Positions 21,784 to 31,495 of a DNA stretch of 64,000 nucleotides are shown here, piece after piece; positions within the stretch are counted from its first letter, which is position 1, and each line of letters opens with the position of its first letter. The notes beneath the pieces are model-generated. The model was not told the origin of the DNA. It did no database searches and saw only the letters and a program-made list of their open reading frames with translations. Made by a program: the position numbers and the translations under genes. The DNA is taken from IMG/VR virus record IMGVR_UViG_3300027848_000016. One strand, written 5' to 3'. Origin of the DNA: an uncultured virus (IMG/VR IMGVR_UViG_3300027848_000016) (lineage: Duplodnaviria; Heunggongvirae; Uroviricota; Caudoviricetes).

Positions 21784-22408
21784 AAACGAAATACTCGTTA
21801 TAGATAATGTTGTGCCTGCTACTTTTCAACTAGCAATTATCAATAGAGTACAAGGTGTAAATCATTTCCCATGGTTTTTACTACATCGTATCGGACATCC
21901 TGATCACTATGGGATAGGAACAACTTCTAATTATGTTGATCCAAATATAACTGATGACGTTGGGTTCTTTCATATGGCATTTGATGGTAAAACTACTTCT
22001 CCTCATTATGATTTTTTTAGAACAATTTTAGAATTTTTTGCAGAGAAAACAAATATCAATGTAGGAAATTTACTAAGAATAAGACTTCGTTATACACATA
22101 AAGGGCAAGGTCATACTGAGCACAAATATGCAGCCCCACATGTGGATTTTAATACTGGAAAACCTTACAGTACGCTTATCTATTATGTAGATGACAGCGA
22201 TGGCGATACTATTATATTTGATAAAATTTTTGATTCTACTCAAGAAATATATAATCCAGCATCGGCTGATCCTCTACCAGAGTTGCTAAGGATAACTCCT
22301 AAAAAAGGGTCAGCATTATTTTTTAACGGACATCGATATCATGCAGGAAATTATCCAATAACCTGTAGTTCTAGAATAGTAATTAATTTTGACTTTGAGC
22401 AACTATGA
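21758..22408 (+). CDS. 2OG-Fe(II) oxygenase superfamily protein
   Basis: FPWF, PHVD, IYYVDDSDGDT, PKKG, YHAG..P....RIVINF. Confidence 0.85.
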   Translation: MAFQINNIKNEILVIDNVVPATFQLAIINRVQGVNHFPWFLLHRIGHPDHYGIGTTSNYVDPNITDDVGFFHMAFDGKTTSPHYDFFRTILEFFAEKTNINVGNLLRIRLRYTHKGQGHTEHKYAAPHVDFNTGKPYSTLIYYVDDSDGDTIIFDKIFDSTQEIYNPASADPLPELLRITPKKGSALFFNGHRYHAGNYPITCSSRIVINFDFEQL

Positions 22409-23061
22409 CACATCCGTATAAAAACTATTTCATTTGCAGAGATAGCTATTTTGAAAAACCAGAAGATGTTATTGAATTATCAAAAACTCTAAACTACGCT
22501 AGATCTACATATTATCCAGGAGAGCGTACTGGCAACTTGTTAGGATTTGAAGATCCGGAAATTAAAAAATTTGCCGACTGGTTTGCCAATAGACTTAGTC
22601 ATGATATATTTCCAGGTATTAGCATGTATGAATTATATCTATGTTTTCATGTTAATGTTCCTTGTAGTGATCCGCGCTATAATAAAGGATGGATACATAA
22701 TGATTACGGAAATCTAGCAGGATTAGTATATCTAACACCAGGCGAAGACAACCTAAATACAGGAACTTCAATTTTTAACAGCGACGTTAATGAATTATCA
22801 AATATTGAAGAATTGAAAACTGATGCTGCTGCATTAAAAGAGTTTTATCTTTACAATAAGATCACACCCGAGTTTATTACAGGTTTTGAAAATAATCGTC
22901 AAATGTTTGAGGATCAAGAAACTATTAGGATAGGCAATAAATTTAATAGAATGATTGCATACGACTCTAAATTTTGGCATAGACCTAATAGCTTCACTAC
23001 AACATTAAATACCCCTAGACTGTCGCTACTGTTTTTTGTATCACAATTTAATTATAACTAA
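22405..23061 (+). CDS. 2OG-Fe(II) oxygenase-like protein (DUF6445-like)
   Basis: YPG.RT, WIHND, AGLVYLTP, GTS, NKFNRMIAYD...WH, RL...FF. Confidence 0.7.
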   Translation: MTHPYKNYFICRDSYFEKPEDVIELSKTLNYARSTYYPGERTGNLLGFEDPEIKKFADWFANRLSHDIFPGISMYELYLCFHVNVPCSDPRYNKGWIHNDYGNLAGLVYLTPGEDNLNTGTSIFNSDVNELSNIEELKTDAAALKEFYLYNKITPEFITGFENNRQMFEDQETIRIGNKFNRMIAYDSKFWHRPNSFTTTLNTPRLSLLFFVSQFNYN

Positions 23062-23084
23062 GTAGTAAACAGGACATATTATAA

Positions 23085-24551
23085 ATGCACACATTAAAAA
23101 AGATTTCAGTAGTTGGTGGGGGGACCGCAGGATTTGTTTCTGCGTTGATTCTAAAAACTCGTTTCCCTCATTTAGACATTAATATTATCCGATCTAAAAA
23201 AATTGGAATCATCGGAGTAGGCGAAGGTAGTACAGAGCACTGGAATGAATTCATGCAGTATATCGGAGTTCCGTTTCAAACTATTATTAAAGAATGCGAT
23301 GCTACCTTTAAATGTGGAATTATGTTTAAAGGATGGGGAGACGATTATATGCATAGTATTGGGCCAGAAAATGATATTAAAAATGGACAATATGCATCGG
23401 TCTATGGCAAATTAATTGGAGAGCAATCTCCTGCAAAAACAATAAATCCTAGTTTTTCTTGGAATAGCAGAGTATATGCAAATAGATTAGACCCTGCTTC
23501 TGGGTCTCCGTGGAATCAATATCATTTCAATACCAGTAAACTTAACGATTTTTTATTAAAGGTATCCCTTAATAAAGGTATTACTATGGTAGACGACGAA
23601 ATACTAGATGTTGTATTGTCTGAATCTGGAGAGATAGATTATCTTGTTGGCGAACTAGCCCAATATCCTGCTGATTTTTATATTGATAGCACAGGATTTA
23701 GTAAAGTATTAATATCAAAGTTAGGTGCCAAATGGCAATCGTACGGCGAATATCTCAAAATGAAAGCTGCTATTGTATTCCCATTGGGAGATACTGACGA
23801 GTATAATATGTGGACCCTGGCACAAGCAATGGACTATGGTTGGATGTTTAAAATTCCGGTATGGGGTCGTAGCGGAAATGGATATATTTTTGATAGTGAT
23901 TATATAACTCCGGAGCAGGCTAAGGAAGAAGTTGAAAAATTACTAGGGCACGAAATTCAAGTTGCAAAAACTCTTAAATTTGATCCGGGCTCATTAGATC
24001 GAGTGTGGATTAAAAATTGTTGCGCAGTTGGGCTGAGCGCTAGTTTTGTTGAACCGTTAGAAGCTACTAGTATAGGTACAAGTATTCAACAGGCATTTTT
24101 ACTAATGCACCGATTGCCAAATTATGACGAAGCAACAATAAACAAATATAATAAAGATGTTAACGATATCTTAATTAACATTAGAGATTTTGTTATATTG
24201 CACTATATTACAAAAAAAGATAATACTCAATTTTGGCGTGATATACAAACAATGCCAGTTCCAGAAAGTCTTACAGAAAATTTAAAAAAATGGCGTAAGA
24301 ACTTGCCTATTGCTGATGACTTTAAAGGCACTACTGATTACAAATTATTTAGCGAAGCGCATCATATTCATATCCTTGCTGGATTAGACCTGTTTGATAC
24401 AGAGTTAATTAGACAAGAATACAATATGATGCATCCAAAGATAAAAGAACAGGCTGAAAATTTTATTAGAGAAACAAGAACATTTGAAAAAATAAACCCT
24501 ACCGTAGGACACAAGCAGTACATTGCCCATGTTCGTAGTACCAAATATTAA
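23085..24551 (+). CDS. Flavin-dependent halogenase (tryptophan halogenase family) 2
   Basis: GGGTAG, IGVGEGS, ATFKCGI, DSTGF, WMFKIP, FVEPLEATSI. Confidence 0.9.
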   Translation: MHTLKKISVVGGGTAGFVSALILKTRFPHLDINIIRSKKIGIIGVGEGSTEHWNEFMQYIGVPFQTIIKECDATFKCGIMFKGWGDDYMHSIGPENDIKNGQYASVYGKLIGEQSPAKTINPSFSWNSRVYANRLDPASGSPWNQYHFNTSKLNDFLLKVSLNKGITMVDDEILDVVLSESGEIDYLVGELAQYPADFYIDSTGFSKVLISKLGAKWQSYGEYLKMKAAIVFPLGDTDEYNMWTLAQAMDYGWMFKIPVWGRSGNGYIFDSDYITPEQAKEEVEKLLGHEIQVAKTLKFDPGSLDRVWIKNCCAVGLSASFVEPLEATSIGTSIQQAFLLMHRLPNYDEATINKYNKDVNDILINIRDFVILHYITKKDNTQFWRDIQTMPVPESLTENLKKWRKNLPIADDFKGTTDYKLFSEAHHIHILAGLDLFDTELIRQEYNMMHPKIKEQAENFIRETRTFEKINPTVGHKQYIAHVRSTKY

Positions 24552-25132
24552 CTAAAGTTCATTGCAATTGATATTCTTGGATCTACATTTGTTCCTTGTT
24601 CTACACAATGTCGAAGATACGCTCTAAATATAATCAATGTACCTGAAGTTGGAGTGTATGAAATCCTAGAATAACTTAATGTATTCTTTTTAGTGAGACT
24701 TTTAAGTGGGAACATATCTGGTTCTTTAGGATCTTCAAATATTATTCGGCCTGAGCCTTCTGGAGCAACAGGGTAATATACAGCACTAAAAATATTTGCA
24801 TTGTGCGTGTGAAATTCTTGCCAGGATTCTTTATTAGAGATATTCATCCATGCGTAGTTAGTTTCATAAGTCCCATCACAGTTATGCATCTTTGCAAATT
24901 TATGTACATGCTGAGTTGTAGCTGCAATAAGTGGATGTATTACTGGGTCGTCAAGAAGATTATGTGTTTGGTGAGTGTTATACGTTCCCCCTAACCACTC
25001 TAATCCTCCGCTAGGAGTATGTTTCTGAATGTCTAAACAATGTTGTTTAATTTTTTCATTTTCTTCAGCAGACATTAGAGCATCTTCTGTATAAACAGCT
25101 ACTGGAAACCACATTTCAATTTTTTGCATCAT
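24548..25132 (-). CDS. Putative 2OG-Fe(II) oxygenase (TIGR02466-like)
   Basis: Start MMQKIEMWFP; AWMN, HTH, SAVYYP, FEDP, LRHCV, RISIAMN. Confidence 0.8.
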   Translation of the reverse strand: MMQKIEMWFPVAVYTEDALMSAEENEKIKQHCLDIQKHTPSGGLEWLGGTYNTHQTHNLLDDPVIHPLIAATTQHVHKFAKMHNCDGTYETNYAWMNISNKESWQEFHTHNANIFSAVYYPVAPEGSGRIIFEDPKEPDMFPLKSLTKKNTLSYSRISYTPTSGTLIIFRAYLRHCVEQGTNVDPRISIAMNFS

Positions 25133-25727
25133 TATCCGCCCATATGTTAAATGAAACAGATATTCTATTTCTATTAGATTTATTTTGTTGTACAGTATGT
25201 TGTAACCACGATTCAAATATCAACATTTCCCCCACTACAGGGCTATATTTTACATGACTGTAATTGTATTGATTATCTGCTTTTTTAATTCTGTCAAAAA
25301 AAGTATTTGATGCTCTTCGAGTTTCTAATGGATTATGAAATAGAATATCCCCAGAATTTTCTGGGACTTCTAAATAAAACACTCCGCTTATCAATGCGCC
25401 ATAATGATCATGTCTAACAAAATATGAGCCGGGTTGATTGTATTGTAACCAAGATGTTATTTCTACATAGCATCGTGGATCGTACCCTATTAGATCTAAA
25501 TACTCTCGAGATGCATTGTTAATATAATTTAACAAAGTTATATCACCTAATTTTCCTAAAAAGTCTTTATCTTTATAAAATGTGGTTAGCAATTCACCAG
25601 GTGCCGTTGGGTGAGAAAAATTAGTATCCGTAATAAACTGATTAACCAATTCGGTTGTATTTTTTACTATTTCATCGTCTACTACATATGTAGCAATAGG
25701 AATTGGAAAAACATTATCAAATTTCAT
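25116..25727 (-). CDS. Putative 2OG-Fe(II) oxygenase (TIGR02466-like)
   Basis: FPIPI, SWLQ, HDH, SGVFYL, FHNP, FESWLQHTV, RISVSFN. Confidence 0.85.
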   Translation of the reverse strand: MKFDNVFPIPIATYVVDDEIVKNTTELVNQFITDTNFSHPTAPGELLTTFYKDKDFLGKLGDITLLNYINNASREYLDLIGYDPRCYVEITSWLQYNQPGSYFVRHDHYGALISGVFYLEVPENSGDILFHNPLETRRASNTFFDRIKKADNQYNYSHVKYSPVVGEMLIFESWLQHTVQQNKSNRNRISVSFNIWADNDAKN

Positions 25728-26341
25728 AGCGGTAACAAATTAAGATTAATAATTACTCGATTGGTGCTTTCTATAGGATTACTAGCAGTATGATACTGCA
25801 ACCCGTTGATCCACACTAATCGATTAGCTTTAGGAGTTACTCTACTTTGCGTAGTAAACGAGTCTGGACCTAACGGCAGCGTACCAGTAGGCGTAGCCCA
25901 TTCATTAAATATTCTAGTATCTCCATCACTGTCATTAAGATAAAAAATAAATGATTCGTGAGGGAAAAAATAATCAACATGCGGTATGTTATAGTTATCA
26001 CTGGTAAACCCTTGCTTTTGAAATTTTAAACTAAGTCTTGCTCTAACTAGATGCTGCTGAGTAAATCCAAATTCTTTATTAATTTTTTCAAAGAACGGTT
26101 GTAAATATTCATAAGTAAAACTCTTAACATTCCATTCTTGTTCAAAAACTGAATGGTGAAATCCCCAAGTTTCTTTAGCTAAGGGATCTTTTATTAATGC
26201 AGAGTCGCTAGGATCAAGAGAGACATGTTCTCCAAAGAACCAAGGAAATTTTGGTCCTAGTACAAGTTCAGCTAGTTTGTTAAACTCTGCACTATCAAGA
26301 AAATTATCAAAAACTTGTAAACTGTTGCTCATGCTGATCAT
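25724..26341 (-). CDS. 2OG-Fe(II) oxygenase superfamily protein
   Basis: FDNFL, FPWF, PHVD, FYLNDSDGDT, PKANR, YHTASNP, RVIINLN; paralog of 21758 gene; start may instead be 26332. Confidence 0.85.
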   Translation of the reverse strand: MISMSNSLQVFDNFLDSAEFNKLAELVLGPKFPWFFGEHVSLDPSDSALIKDPLAKETWGFHHSVFEQEWNVKSFTYEYLQPFFEKINKEFGFTQQHLVRARLSLKFQKQGFTSDNYNIPHVDYFFPHESFIFYLNDSDGDTRIFNEWATPTGTLPLGPDSFTTQSRVTPKANRLVWINGLQYHTASNPIESTNRVIINLNLLPL

Positions 26342-26397
26342 ATAGTATTTATGGAAATATTTTTTACCAAGAGTAAAAGTGATAAGTACTATTATTA

Positions 26398-27078
26398 ATG
26401 AAGGCAAAACTAATGAGTCAAAACAGTTACGAACAATACTGGAAAGATGTACATAAAAATAAATTTAAGTTTGCATCTAAAACTAATGTATCAGTGCTAC
26501 CATGGGATATACAAACTCATGATGCTAACCTACAAGAGATACTTGATATTTTTAATTTATCTAGTGGAAATGCACTAGAACTAGGATGCGGAACTGGATA
26601 CGATTCTAAATTTCTTTTTGAGCAAGGTTTCGAAGTTACTGCTATAGACATTTCTGAAGATGCTATTGAAATAGCAAAACACAACACTTCCGAAATTGAT
26701 ATTGACTATATAGTAGGAGATTTTTTTAAGGATCTACCCAACAAACAATTTGATTTGGTATACGATAGAGGGTTTTTACATAATTATCAAAATAATTTTT
26801 TAGAAATCTTTGAAAAATTAAACGATGTGATGGCCGAACATGGAAAATATATTTTTATCACCGGTAATCCAAATCAGCCAATAATCGATACATGTATGCC
26901 TCCTCCAGTCTTTTTAGGAGCAATCGAAAGTTACTCTTCGCATTGGTTTAAGGTTGTATTCGTTAAAGAAATAGTATTTAAGGTTGACAAAAATTATCAA
27001 GACTGTCTAGGATATATATTCTTATTAGAAAAAAGATTACCAAATCCTACAACCGATACAATAGTGAGAAATAAGTAA
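26398..27078 (+). CDS. Class I SAM-dependent methyltransferase (TPMT-like)
   Basis: PWD, ALELGCGTG, VTAIDIS..AI, GDFF, FDLVYDRGFLH. Confidence 0.85.
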   Translation: MKAKLMSQNSYEQYWKDVHKNKFKFASKTNVSVLPWDIQTHDANLQEILDIFNLSSGNALELGCGTGYDSKFLFEQGFEVTAIDISEDAIEIAKHNTSEIDIDYIVGDFFKDLPNKQFDLVYDRGFLHNYQNNFLEIFEKLNDVMAEHGKYIFITGNPNQPIIDTCMPPPVFLGAIESYSSHWFKVVFVKEIVFKVDKNYQDCLGYIFLLEKRLPNPTTDTIVRNK

Positions 27079-27082
27079 TATT

Positions 27083-28552
27083 ATGAAAGTAGAAACTCTA
27101 ACAATAGTAGGAGGCGGAACAAGTGCATGGATGGCTGCAGCCTATATATCACATAACCATCCTGCAATTTCAGTAACTGTTATAGACAAAGAAGTAGGAA
27201 ATTCAATAGGAGTAGGTGAAGCTACACTATTAACTTTTCAGCCATTTATGGAAGAATGCGGATTTCCTATAGATGATTGGTTTACAAAAATAGATTGCGG
27301 ATATAAGTCTGGAATTTTATTTGCTAACTGGAGGGAGAAGGGTAATAATATTTGGCATCCTTTTTTTAAAGGTAATAGAAGAATTACAGAACACTACCAT
27401 TTATGGGACGTATGGTCTCTAGTTCAAGAATTAGATTTTAAAACATATAGTACGGGCAGCTATAGCTCTAGTATACTACACAATACTGTTGACTCTACTA
27501 ATCTTCACAGTTATGCTTCTCACATTGATTGCGGAAAATTGGTTTTATATATTCAAGATCAATTAAAAAATAAAATTAAAATTATAAAGTCTGATGTAAT
27601 TATAGTCAATAAAGATGACAAAGAAAATGTAGCTTCTTTAGAACTTAAAGACGGAAGTATAATCTCATCTGATTTATACTTAGATTGTACAGGATTTCAT
27701 AGTATATTGAGGAAATCTAAGAATAAAGTAGATTTACTAGGAAGACTATTTGTTAATACTGCTGTAGTATGTCAAGTACCATATCAAGATAGACCAAACG
27801 AATTTAAACCATATGCAGAATGCGAGGCTGTTGACCACGGATGGATTTGGAAAATTGGGGTGGCTTCTCGTATTGGTAGCGGGATGGTTTTTAACAGAAA
27901 TATTACTGATCCTGAAGAAGCAAAGGATTACTTTGTTGAGCATTGGAATAATCGAATCAAGAAAGAAAATGTTAGAATAATTAATTGGGATCCTTTTTAT
28001 AATACAGATCCATGGTCCGGAAATGTAGTTCAAATTGGGTTAAGTAATGGATTTATAGAGCCGCTAGAAAGCACAGGCATAGGTTTGATTACAGTAGGAA
28101 TTACTCAACTAAGCAATGCAATAATGGAACAATGGTATGGTGATAATGATGTTGCTAATTTTAATTCACAATTGAATACACTGTATGAAGATTGTATTGA
28201 TTTTGTAAGTATGCATTATGCTAACAACAATAGAACTAGTAAATTTTGGAATTATGTTAGAGATACATTTGTTCCTTCAGAAAGAATGTTACATTATCTC
28301 GACAGATTGACTAATCCTAATATTAAAGTTCCTGTTGACGGGAAATATAATTATATGTTTGGTGGAAGCAGTTGGTCTATGCTACTACAACAACTTGGTT
28401 ACGATATTGCTCCTCGTACCATTCCGTACTCGAAAGAGTATGCTACGGAAGTTATGGCTAGAAACTATATTGAGTATGAAAAAAATAAACATATCTGGAG
28501 TCGGCATCATAGCAGCGAAATTGATAGAATTATTGAACTTGGCAAATTATGA
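27083..28552 (+). CDS. Flavin-dependent halogenase (tryptophan halogenase family) 3
   Basis: GGGTSA, IGVGEAT, GYKSGI, DCTGF, WIWKIG, FIEPLESTGI. Confidence 0.9.
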   Translation: MKVETLTIVGGGTSAWMAAAYISHNHPAISVTVIDKEVGNSIGVGEATLLTFQPFMEECGFPIDDWFTKIDCGYKSGILFANWREKGNNIWHPFFKGNRRITEHYHLWDVWSLVQELDFKTYSTGSYSSSILHNTVDSTNLHSYASHIDCGKLVLYIQDQLKNKIKIIKSDVIIVNKDDKENVASLELKDGSIISSDLYLDCTGFHSILRKSKNKVDLLGRLFVNTAVVCQVPYQDRPNEFKPYAECEAVDHGWIWKIGVASRIGSGMVFNRNITDPEEAKDYFVEHWNNRIKKENVRIINWDPFYNTDPWSGNVVQIGLSNGFIEPLESTGIGLITVGITQLSNAIMEQWYGDNDVANFNSQLNTLYEDCIDFVSMHYANNNRTSKFWNYVRDTFVPSERMLHYLDRLTNPNIKVPVDGKYNYMFGGSSWSMLLQQLGYDIAPRTIPYSKEYATEVMARNYIEYEKNKHIWSRHHSSEIDRIIELGKL

Positions 28553-29295
28553 ATATAGTTAATTGGTCTTTTATTACCAGCCAGCAGGTTAATATAGATC
28601 ATCTAACATGCATTACTAAATTATTGGACGAAGATTATTATCCCTTCAAACACCTATCATCTGATATAGTTGCTAATAGGAAAGGTGCTGCTTTTTTAAA
28701 ATGCCCTGCGCATACTGATTTTTTAAAAAACACATTTATCTTTTGTGCGCCATTTGATTTAACTATAGAGTTAGATATTTGTAATGAAACGAATACAGTT
28801 AAAATATACTGCGAGAATATTTCTCAAGAAGCATTTGAATCAATTATTGATACTAGATTTTTATATGATAAAAATCGCGGAGTTTCCGAATATCCTCTGT
28901 TAGGAATTGATTGGCTAACTGTATTCATTGCTGATCAATCAACTATAATTCAGGTATTCCCAGCATTTATGCATCGAAATGATTTTACAGAAAAAACTAC
29001 TATTGTTCCTGGCGAGTACGACATTAGTAAATGGACCCGTCCTATTGAAACAGTCTTTGAAATTAAAAATATCAAAGAAAAAATTATTATTAAAAAAGGT
29101 GATGCTATTTCTTATATCAAATTCATAACAGACGATATTACTAAGTTAGAACAGATTAGCACACCGTGGAACGATATTATTACATGTCATAATATTGTAA
29201 ATTCAAATAGACTTAGACCGTTAAAAGAACGATATAAATCATTAGAAGAGATAAAATTAAATCAGGAATGTCAGTATGATTCAAAAAATAAATGA
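28549..29295 (+). CDS. Hypothetical protein in enzyme island
   Basis: 248 aa; FLKCPA, PGEYDISKW.RP, IKKGD; coupled to halogenase genes on both sides. Confidence 0.75.
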   Translation: MNIVNWSFITSQQVNIDHLTCITKLLDEDYYPFKHLSSDIVANRKGAAFLKCPAHTDFLKNTFIFCAPFDLTIELDICNETNTVKIYCENISQEAFESIIDTRFLYDKNRGVSEYPLLGIDWLTVFIADQSTIIQVFPAFMHRNDFTEKTTIVPGEYDISKWTRPIETVFEIKNIKEKIIIKKGDAISYIKFITDDITKLEQISTPWNDIITCHNIVNSNRLRPLKERYKSLEEIKLNQECQYDSKNK

Positions 29296-30787
29296 AATTG
29301 TTATACTCGGAGGCGGCTCTGCTGGTTGGCTTACTGCACTATATTTAAAAAAAGTTTTTCCGGATAATAACTATACACTCGTCGAGGATCCCGCTACTCC
29401 TCCAATAATTGCAGGAGAAAGCTCGGCTGCAATTTTAACTTCATTTTATAATTTTTTAGAAATCGATCAAACTGATTGGGCTATAAAAACACATGCATTA
29501 CCAAAATTAGGTAGTAAATTTATAGACTGGAACGGTGTTGGTACAAATTTTATTCATGGTTTGATTTCAGATCAATATCGCACTGCTTATGATAGTAATT
29601 TTTTGTCAACATTTAATTTAAATAGAGATTTTATATCCTGTGCTCTTGCAGAAAATATAAAAATGGAAAATATTTTTTATTGTTCTGAAATGATCAAACA
29701 AGATAAATTGCCAATAATACAAAAATCTAACAACACGTTTGAAGCACTACATCGTTTTATGTGGCATTTCAATAGTAGAGAAAACGCTGCATATTTAAAA
29801 AATCTAGGGCAACAGCGAGGAATTAAATTAATTAAGAAAAAATATGTTAAATCTAATCTAGATGCATTGGGTAACATATCATCTGTAACTGTTGACGATG
29901 CTACTAATATTGTCGGGGATTGGTTTTTTGATTGTAGTGGATTTGCAAGGTTATTATTACAAAAAACTCTAGGGGTTACTTCAACGGATTATTCTAATTT
30001 ATTTCCAGCTAGAAGTGTTGTGGCTTGGTGGGACAGTAATACTACATTAGTAAACTATACTGCTGTGACTGCAATGAAATATGGGTGGTCTTGGAGAATT
30101 AATTTAGACGATCGAACCGGCAACGGGTATGTGTTTGATCCCGATCACATTACCCCAGATCAAGCTGTGGAAGAAATAAAAAATAAATTTAATACTGACA
30201 TAGTGCCAGTTGCAAATTTAAATTTTACACCATCATTGGTAAAAGAATATTGGAAAAATAATGTAATTGCTATAGGAATTAGTAGTGGGTTTTTAGAACC
30301 GTTAGAATCTAATGGTCTTGGGCAGGTAATTACACAATTAATACTATTAGAAAAATTTTGGAATCCTACTGAAACTGGACTATTCGATCAAAAATTATAT
30401 AATGATGAAGTAACTAGTCAAATGAAAGAAATTATTAATTTTTTATCATTGCATTATAAAGGACATCGTAGAGATACAGATTTTTGGAAAAGTCATTCGT
30501 TTGATTCCAATAGAACCAACGACTATCTAAAAGAAAAAATTGAACAGTGGAATGAAGGTATTCTTGTTGACAATGATCTTACTGTGTATCCGTTTGAAAG
30601 CTACGTTACTGTAATACAAGGGCTTGATTTAATTAATTTAGACAAGCTAAAAAAGCGATTATGTACTCGACCTAACATATTTAAAAATTTTTATAAATCG
30701 TATAACAATACAATGTTAGAAAAACAAGAAATTATTGATCAGAGTTTAGATTTAAAAACATGGTACCGTTTAATGTTTGACAAATAA
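29276..30787 (+). CDS. Flavin-dependent halogenase (tryptophan halogenase family) 4
   Basis: GGGSAG, IAGESS, ALPKLGS, DCSGF, WSWRIN, FLEPLESNGL. Confidence 0.88.
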   Translation: MIQKINEIVILGGGSAGWLTALYLKKVFPDNNYTLVEDPATPPIIAGESSAAILTSFYNFLEIDQTDWAIKTHALPKLGSKFIDWNGVGTNFIHGLISDQYRTAYDSNFLSTFNLNRDFISCALAENIKMENIFYCSEMIKQDKLPIIQKSNNTFEALHRFMWHFNSRENAAYLKNLGQQRGIKLIKKKYVKSNLDALGNISSVTVDDATNIVGDWFFDCSGFARLLLQKTLGVTSTDYSNLFPARSVVAWWDSNTTLVNYTAVTAMKYGWSWRINLDDRTGNGYVFDPDHITPDQAVEEIKNKFNTDIVPVANLNFTPSLVKEYWKNNVIAIGISSGFLEPLESNGLGQVITQLILLEKFWNPTETGLFDQKLYNDEVTSQMKEIINFLSLHYKGHRRDTDFWKSHSFDSNRTNDYLKEKIEQWNEGILVDNDLTVYPFESYVTVIQGLDLINLDKLKKRLCTRPNIFKNFYKSYNNTMLEKQEIIDQSLDLKTWYRLMFDK

Positions 30788-30806
30788 TTTTAGGATGATT
30801 AATAAT

Positions 30807-31462
30807 ATGACAAAAATAAATTTATTCTCACCTATCTTTTACAAGTCTAGAATGGATCCGTTACTGTATAATAAAGATGAACTTTATTTAGATTTAAAAC
30901 ACAATTACACATTAAACAATTCTAGAAAAGTTGAAGAAGCTGCGGCGGATTATTTTCCCGACACTAATTTTCATGTATATTATAAAGATTGGGATAATTT
31001 AAATTATAAAAAAATAGATTTTACTTTGCTATACAATCAATATACTCAAGTAATTGAAGAATTTTTGTCTACTATTGGTTTTAATAATAATATAGAATAC
31101 AAATGGTATACTGTTAATATTAATGTAGCTAAAAATGGATTCTTAGATGAACATGACCATAACGGATCAATTCAGGAATATAAAGATTGGCCACATCAAT
31201 TTTCTTTAGTACACTATTTTTCATTAAAACCACATCACTCTACTACATTTTTAAATCCAATAGGAGCTTGCACAGGGTTAGGAAAAAATTAGATAATACT
31301 GCTATAGAAAATTCATCGTATTTTCAAAATTTTAACTTGCCTATGTTGGAAGATGATATTATTATCTTCCCCTGTTATATTAGGCATAGAGTTGATGAAA
31401 GCAAAATAACTACAGATGATTTACGAATTACTGTTGCAATAAACATAACAATTAAAGAATAA
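30807..31462 (+). pseudogene. TIGR02466-like 2OG-Fe(II) oxygenase split by a -1 frameshift at ~31283-31292
   Basis: First frame carries HDH...TFLNP and ends GKN*. The -1 frame carries IIIFPCYIRHRV...RITVAIN. The junction is an A6 run. Confidence 0.75.
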
Positions 31463-31495
31463 TTACATCACAAAATCAACGCTACCTAAGAAAAA

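Noticed and set aside
31290..31292. TAG readthrough or stop-codon reassignment
   Set aside because: The same frame hits another TAG five codons later and the missing motifs are in the -1 frame; all long genes are intact under the standard code
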